NCBI GenBank assembly: GCA_003660975.1
Contig: QMVG01000013.1
Coordinates: 1 to 12,220, forward strand
Reading direction: 5' to 3'
Source: Candidatus Micrarchaeota archaeon
GTDB taxonomy: Archaea > B1Sed10-29 > B47-G15
DNA: 12,220 nucleotides
Part shown: positions 1-9,000 of the stretch, piece by piece
Position numbering within the stretch: the stretch's first letter is position 1
Layout of the letters: each line of letters starts with the position of its first letter
The notes under the pieces: model-generated
What the model was told of the DNA's origin: nothing
The model's database searches: none
The model's input: the letters and a program-made list of their open reading frames with translations, nothing else
Position numbers and translations under genes: made by a program

Positions 1-1
1 C

Positions 2-3000
2 TTTAATACAGAGATTTCAACAAAGTATCACGCATTCTGGATCGAAACAAAACCGGAGTTAAACAATCCTACAGCTGTTTCAAGCGGAGATGGTGGCTGG
101 GGTGAAATATGGACTTTTAGTGTTAACTTTACCGACGAGGATTTAGATGTTAACACGTTAAGACTTTGGGTTAACAAATCTACTGGATTGAGTGTAGTTT
201 CAACACAGCAGTTGAGTGGAGTAAACTCTACTGTGACCATTTCTAAACAAAATCTATTCTCATCTACAGATTATATGAACTTACCAAATCATGCGTCGAC
301 CTTTAAGTTTAACACAACCGATGAATTAATTCCAACGAAGAATGACATAGCAGATACAGGTTTCATATCATTACCCTTGAACAAAGATGACGTTTTCGTA
401 GAACATTCTGTTGGAAATGGGAGTGTTGTCAATAGAAGTTCAGGTGACGCCTTATACTTAGAGACAAGATTCTGGGACGTCGATAGGAATTACTCATATC
501 CAAACAACTACATAATCAACATTCAAGGCAGATTCTATTACACTAAGAATGGTCAAACCTTTGTGGAATCAACACCAGTATTCTCTAATGGTTCTGGATA
601 CGTTTACATATCCATACCAATTGACTGCAGCTTTACAGTTGGTCCACAATGGTGGAAAGCTGGAAACGTCGGTGAGACTGCTTGGAAGAATACGAACTCA
701 ACTAACTTTACATACATCGTAGTTACTGAGCACTTATCAGCTAACATTACTTATCCAGATGGTCAACCATTCAGGAGAGGAATAGATGATATAGTCCTGA
801 AGGGATACGTATGGGATGATTGTGGACCAGTAGAAGGAGCAACAGTCGTGTTTAAGATTCCAAGCGAGAATTATGAATGCGTTAATGTCTATGAAGAAGG
901 TTCAGGTTACTACAACTGCACAATTCCAGCATCAGCAACAGCAAGCTGGGCAACAGGATGGCACGACGTTACGATAGAAGTTATAAAGGAATACTACAAC
1001 GGAACTAACGTAACTAAGGTTAATTCATTCTATGTTGCTACTGAGCCTGAAGTTAAATTATCACCTGAATACCCAACAGCAGAAGCAAGCGGAGATGGCG
1101 GCTGGGGTGAAGAGTGGACATTCTCAGCATGGGTACAAGACTTAGATGGAGACATTATAAACGTAAGCTTATGGTTGAATTTGACAGGAGAATTTGAGAT
1201 GGTAAACTCTACAACACTTGTCGCAGTCTCACCAACAAAGATTTCATTTGAGGGTCACACTTTTGATTGTGAACACATAGGTACAAGAAACTTCAGGTTC
1301 TATGTCTACGATGTTTGGAACTATGACGACGAGTACCAAAATACGTTTACTATAGATAAAGACGATATCATGGTCGAATACATTGCTGGAGCGGGAACAC
1401 AAGTTAACAGAACTGGAAATGATGTGGAACTGCTTAGGCTGAGGATAAAGGACACTGATAGAAACGTCTACGTTGGAGAAAACGTAAGTGGTGCATTCTT
1501 CGTTACGACAGAAGCTGGTAATTTAGCAACGTACATGTTAGCTGGGACAAATGAGACGGATGACCAAAGCATGCTCTCATACTACTTTAATCCCAACTGT
1601 AGTTATAGAGTAGGAGTACAGAACTGGAAGGGTGGTACTTATGGTGACGAGTGTTATAAAGATACAATCCCAGATTATGGTTTCACAATAGAGATAACCG
1701 GACAACTAGTCAACAACTTAGAACAACCAGAGTACGGGGACATAATACCTGTTGGAGATGTGGTTTTAATAAGATTAAATGTGTCTAGCGATTGCTCATA
1801 TGAAGAAGGGGAGATACCAGACACAGACGTTACGATACGACTTGGTTCACCAAATAATGAATGGGAATACTGTACTCCAGTCTACAACGAAACCGGGGCT
1901 TATGCGGGTTGGTATAACTGTAGTTGGAATACAAGTTTCCATGTAGGTGGATGGTGGGATATAAGGATAAACTCAGCTAAGAGCTACTATTACGATAACA
2001 TCACAACTTACGAAGATTGGATATATCTCAACAACACACCACCTCTGTATGAAAATCTCACTGTCACTCCGTCAACTGGAGGTTGGGGCGAAGTTTTCAC
2101 ATACTCAGTGGACATAGAAGATAGCCAATACGATAACGTTACGTGTAAACTATTAGTTACAACAGATGGTGGTACCACTTGGGAACTTAAGAATTCCACT
2201 ACTATCTATTGGGGTAGAGGAACATGTTCACTTTCTGTCTCAGACTTTGATTGTAGTGATATAGGTACTGATAATTACTTCATGTTTGAACTAGATGACG
2301 GGACGAACTTGTTTAACACAACAAACGTTACAGGTCCAAATATAGAAAGAGATGATGTAGAAATAGAATACGTACAAGGAAACGAAAGTTTTGTCAACAG
2401 GAGCTTTGATCAAACGACTCTACTTGTCCTGAGAATTAAAGATACAGACAAACAGACTTATGTTGGTTCCGGTGTTAACGGTAGTATTTGGGTTACGTAT
2501 GATGGAACCAATTACTTCACAATACCGACAAGTAATACAACTAATGCTACTAGTTATCTAAACATCTACTTCAATCCAACCTGTGATTATGAGGTTGGTA
2601 AACAGTACTGGACAGGTGGTGTCCACTTAGATAGTTGTTATAAAGACACTAACATAACTGAAAATCTTATGTTAACTGTTATAGGTGACTTATCAACATC
2701 AGTTTCTGCTATACTAAAAGCCGGTGTACCATCATATTACTTCTTGAAAGGAGAAAACGTAACGATAATGAGTAATGTAACGAACGATTGCTTACTTGGA
2801 GTAGGAGGGGCAAGTGTTAATATCACACTGATTCATGAGACGGGTGTTGAATTCGTATGTACTCCTGTTGATGATCTAGGTGGTGGCGATTACAGATGCA
2901 TACAAAACACATCTACTATTCTAGCAAGAGAATACAATATAAGTGTATTTGGGAACAAGACTTACTACAACGATGGTTACAGTGTTTATCAGCACGCCTT

Positions 3001-6000
3001 CTTTGTTGAGACAAAACCATTCTTAGAACAACCAAATGTCACTGCAAGTGGTGGTGCATGGGACTTCGAAAACGATTGGGCGGTCGGTGGCTGGGGTGAG
3101 ACTTGGTACTTCAGAGTTAATATAACTGACGAAGATTTGGACAACGTAACTATAAGACTTTACGTAAGGGAATTTGGAAGTTCCACTTGGGTGTTCGCAA
3201 ACTCAACTGAAGTTTACGGGCCGATAAATCAAACCGTTGTTATCATCTACTCAAATCCAGGAGAGTTCCAGAGTAACCAAGGAGTATGGGAATACTACTT
3301 TGTTGCCGAAGATACGCGTGGATACACAGATGAGACACAACCACTCAACTTTACAGTTGAAAAGGATGACGTTATACTCGAATTAGTAGAGGGCGATGGA
3401 GCTTCTGTATGGAGAAATGGAACCTATCCGCAAAATGGAAGTTACGTGTGGTTAAAGCTAAGGATAGTTGACACAGATAGAAACGCACCAGCCGATAACG
3501 CACAAGCCATGTTCTGGGTGACTTACAACGGAACACAATACGATGAAGGTATAACAACGAGTAGTGACTTGAATGGAATAATACAGTATCCATTTGATCC
3601 AGACTGTCGTTATTCTGTTGAACCTTACAATCAACCACACTACTGGAAGGGAGGAGTCGTTAACGATCCTTACTGGAAGAACACTAATTCAAGTGAGTAT
3701 ACAGTAATAATAAACACGTTCTTAGGACTAAACGTTACTTGGCCAGATGGAATTGCTTACCTTGTTGGGACACCAATACTAATAAGAGGTTACGCTTATG
3801 ATGATTGTGGGTACGTTGAGAACGCCTCAATTGGATTTAAGGCAAGAATCGGTTACTCTGAGTATACATGTACACCAGTCCTACAGGAAGGTCAAGGTTA
3901 CTACAACTGTACTTGGGATTCAACAGCAAAGCCTTACGGATGGTACACAGTAAAGATGACTGGTAGTAAATCGTATCATCCATACAATGAAACGATTAAG
4001 AGCAATTCATTCTTCTTAGCTAGTAATCCACAAATAAATAATCCGAGTGTTGACCATACTCTAGGAGGCTGGGGTGAGCTCTATACATTCATAGTTTATA
4101 TAACTGACAGAGATAAGAACAACAACAACGTTAGTCTCTGGAAGAGCTTTGATAATGTGACATGGACATTAGTTGATTCGAAGATAGTTAAACCCTACTA
4201 TACAGATACACAAGTGAAGTTCGAAGAGCGTTTCACATGCGAAGACTTCCTTAATGCAACGAATGGCTTGAATTACTTCAAGTTCACAGTAGTCGATGAA
4301 TACGGTTTCAGCAACGAAACAAAAGTTCTAAACTTCACATTAGAGGAAGATGACGCATCAGTGCAAATAAGTTCAGAAAGTAGTCAGAACGTTAGAAGAA
4401 TCGGCAATTCTATGGCCTATCTTAAATTTGTAATTTATGATACTGACCATGATGTATATCCAAGCAATGTAAATGGAACTGTTTGGATTACTGAGAATCA
4501 TGAAGATTATACTGTTAGTCTAACCTGTTTGTCAAATGGAGGTAATTGTAGTGTGTTATACGATCCTAGTTGTTCATCTCTTGTTGGTGTGCAAAAATGG
4601 AAAGCTGGTACAACAGATGCATGTTACAAACAAGTCAATTCAAGCGAAGTGACATTGACTGTAATAGGTCAACTAAATGTGAGCTTAATAGAACCAACAA
4701 ATGGTAAGATATTGAATAGAGATAGAAACGAGACGTTGATAGCCAATGTCAGTACAGACTGTCTTTCATATTATGAGAATGCAACTGTTAGTTGGTACAA
4801 CTCAACTAACCATCTTTTAGCACAAGGTTATGAGACAACATGGCATGTACCAGCTACACACGACCTTGGGCCAGAAACAATAAATGTCATCGCTACAGGG
4901 CAGTACTATGATCAGAATAGTAATTCAACAAACGTATTCATTTATGGTTGGAGTGAGATTGAATATATATCTCCACCTAATGGAACTGTTGTAATGGCAG
5001 GTATAACGCAAACTGTAGAATGTAGAGTGATAGATCCTAACATGAGCATTGGAATAGAGAATTACACAATTAATTTCTACAAGAATGGTATACTACAAGA
5101 ATCGTTACTTTCGGACAACGAAGGAAAGGCGCAGTGGTCGTGGGTAACCAGTAATGAAAATCCAGGTTACTACAACATTTCATGTAACATAAGTGATGAT
5201 ACAACACTCTACTATAATGCATCAATAAGAGGAAGATCTACAATCATAAGAGTAAAGAGACCATTGATAATAGACCAGATAAATCTCCAATATGGAAGCA
5301 TATACAGAAACGACACGTTTGCACCACATGAAACAAACATAACAGTTCACGTAAACGATGCTAATATCGGAGATGCTGAGAATGCTACTGTATACTTCTA
5401 TAACGAAACACATGACTTCATTGACAATTGTACTACAAACGCAACTGGCTACTGCTGGATAACTTATAACGCTCCAGAAGGACTTGATCCAGGTACGTAC
5501 TTGATATTTATAAATGCAACTAAAGAAGGATTGGAAGACTCTGAAACGGTTAACATAACAATAGGAATTCTAGGAAAACTTTACATAACGATAGTTTCAC
5601 CTCAAAATGGAACGTATCATGCATTAGGTACTGTTTTAACCCTTTCGGCTGACATAATTGACGAAAAGGGTGATAGTGTATCAGCAACGGTAAGATGGTA
5701 CACAGAAAAAGGTTTAATAGCTACAGGTGCTGATACAACATGGTACATAACAGGTATAGAGACTGGTCCAGAGAATATAACATGCAATGCAACCCGTAGT
5801 TACTATGATAAAGGTGAAGATAGTGTAATCATCATAATTACTGGTTTGGCTGATGTTGTTTGGGTTGCTCCACAAGATGGTAGTATTCTACCTTATCCCG
5901 AGTCTTTTGATGTGGTTTGTAGAGTAGAGGATCATAATACCGGAACAGCAGTCGAAGATTACGTTGTTGAAATATGGCATAATTTTGGAGCGGGATACGT

Positions 6001-9000
6001 GTTTGATGGAAGTTTCTTGACAAATTCAACTGGTCATGTGAACATGACATGGACACCAACTGATAAAGGAGATATAACATTCAAGTGTAATATAACTGAT
6101 AACACGACTCTTGAATACACTACTAACATAAAAGAAGCTACTGCACTCTTACATATAAGAGATCTAGAACCCCCGCAGATATTCAACACATCAATCATGC
6201 CAAATACAAGTATAGAGGCTAATCTAAATTACACAACAATAAAAGCTGATGTGATTGATAATTATGGAATAGCTAGCGTTTGGGCAGCAATAGGTTTACC
6301 AAATGGGACAGAGTTTAACTTAACTATGACATATGACGGTAATAACACTTATAGTGTAGACTTCACTCCAAGTATCGATGGTATACATAACGTAACAGTC
6401 TATGCAATGGACATGCAACCTGAGAGCAACATTAATTACACTTTCGTGGGTTACTTCTACGTCTGGGGTAAAGCATATGGTGCTCCGATAAACATACCAG
6501 ATCAGATAACAGCCTATGGAATAACGCAAAATAATGGATTTACCTTTGATCTACTGGTTAACTTTACCAATATTGGCCCGGGTACAGCTTATGGAGCCAA
6601 CTTAACGGTCTACAATGAACCAAGCGGATATATAATCTATAACGTTACATCAAAGTCATGTGGTACTGTACATGTCAACACGTCGTGTATATGGGCAGTC
6701 AAAGTTACAGTATTACCAGCAACACCACCTATGCTGATAAGCGTCTATTCTAATGCAACATGGAGAAATCCAGATCTAACGTTAAACATGAGCTATGGAA
6801 GAACAGATGTAATAGTCGCTGAGAATCCAGTGATAAACATAATAGAAGAAGTAGTTGAAAAAGAAACACCACATGATAAAACTACGTACGTCGGAAACGT
6901 TACAGTTGAGTCTGTAGGTAACGCTCCCGTTGAAGATATACTTATAAGTTTAGTTGGAGGAAACCTAGCCATAGATTGTCCAGAATGTGTTATAACAATG
7001 TTCCCAACTGAGCAAGGAATATTAGACCCAGGAGAAAACTTCACAATAGATATAACGGCAACAGTGCCAGCGGGTCAAGCACCAGGAATTTACTGGACAA
7101 AGATAAGAGCAAGCAGTAGTAATGCTGGTTATGACGAATCATTATTGAATTTGACTGTTCCAAGGAATAGTTCGTGGTTAAGATGGCCAGAAACGTTTGG
7201 TACTTTACTTGCAGCATTGAACACTTCTGGTACAGTTGGAGAGATAAACATAAGTAATGTTGGTAACGTAAAGATAAGCTTTACTTTATACAAAACACAA
7301 GATGCGGCACCATTTGTAACTGTTACACCATCTGCGTTTGATTTAGAAAAACAAGTATCAAGAGTGGTTAACATCACGTTTAGTATACCCGAAGATACTA
7401 CTCCTGGCGAATATTACGGTGAGATTTCAATAAGAGGGACAGAGACAGACACGGGTGATTCAGCAACTCCATATGAAATGGCAACTAATTTCACGTTGAA
7501 CATAACGGATGTACCACCGTTCATAATGAACGTAAGTGTAGTACCAACGAAGTTTGAAATAATATTTGAAATGGTCAATATAAGTGCGGTAATAACTGAT
7601 AACTTCGAGGTTTCAACAGCTTGGATAAACGTTACGATACCTAATAACGTGACAATAACTAGGTTTATGGTTAAGAATGGTTCAACCTATTTAACGACAT
7701 ATAACAGCAGTTTAGCAGGTATACATAAACTTAAGATATGCGCAAATGATACAGCTAACTTGATAAACTGTACGGATATAATAGAGCTTGTTGGAGTAGG
7801 AAACACAACAGTTAGTATAATACCAAACGCTACACTTGTTTATGTCAACAACGTAACGCTTGATCAAGGTTCAAACTTCGGATTGAACTTTACAGTAATC
7901 GATTCAGGCTATGCAAGAGTTTACAATGCAAGCGTTAATATAACAACGTCAAGTAGTATGACACCAATACAAGATTACTTCTTCGTTGGTGACATGTTAA
8001 GAAATGAGAGTTGGTCTAATGAAACTACAATACTTGTTTCAGCCGGAACACCTCCAGGTACGTATTTCGTAAATATAACAGCAAGTTGGACAAATCTTGA
8101 TAATTCTACAGGATTCAATTACACAACAGTCAACATAAACGTTACTTCTACACCAGTCATTGATATAATACAAGATTCTGTCGCGCTTTACATACCAGAT
8201 GGCTCAACAGGTAGCACTAACATAACGTTGAACTCGACTGGTAACGACGCTGTTAGAAACATTGTGATGTCGTGTATGTCTGGAGTCGTATGTGAGAACT
8301 TTACCGTTAGCTTTAGTCCAAGAACCATAGCAAGTATAGACTCTGGTCAAACGCTTAACGTAACAGTTTCCATAACTGTTCCTGATAGCTTTCCCAATGG
8401 AAACTATACAGGTGTAATAAAAGCTACTGGAATTGATACATCCGATACAATGGAGATACAGGTAATAGTTCCTATTAACCTCTCATGGACTCAAAGCCCA
8501 AGTTCAATAGAGAAAGAAGTTATACAGGGTACACAAGGTAAGCTTGGTGATATATTAATCCACAATAGCGGAAATGCAAAACTTGTACTCGATATAATAA
8601 AGGCAGGAAACGTTTCTGGATACGTTGATGTGGGTACAGATAGAGTGACAGTTGATGTGGATGAAACAAAGACATTAAGCGTGACGTACATAGCACCACG
8701 AGTAACGGAAATGACGACTTTAACTGGATACATAGCAACGTACAACTACACCGATGCTAGTGGACCGCAGGAAAAGAGAACGTACATAACAATTGGTGTG
8801 CATCCATACTATGTAGATATTGTAGAACCAACAGAGGAGAAGCCACTAATAAATGTAACACCAGGAGATATGGTGTTCACTAAGGTAAACGTAACGTATG
8901 GTGTCAATCCACTTTCAAGCAATGTTAGCTTTGAAGTAAGACTTTCAGACACGGAAATAGAGAACTTTACAGCAAGCTACAATTCAACAGATAAACTATG

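Noticed and set aside
188-190. TTG start given by the ORF track
   Set aside because: The frame is open to base 2, the upstream codons contain repeat unit 1's GGWGE, and no signal peptide follows. It is an internal Leu.
5783-5785. Apparently unpaired extracellular Cys (ITCNAT) as a thioester or inter-chain link
   Set aside because: It aligns with Val in the paralogous strand (INVIAT), so it is probably a buried hydrophobic substitution. No thioester motif is visible.
6977-6988. CPEC as a thioredoxin-like or metal-binding CxxC
   Set aside because: The paralogous block has CMSGVVC in the same region and there is no thioredoxin context or second CxxC. A structural loop disulfide is more likely.
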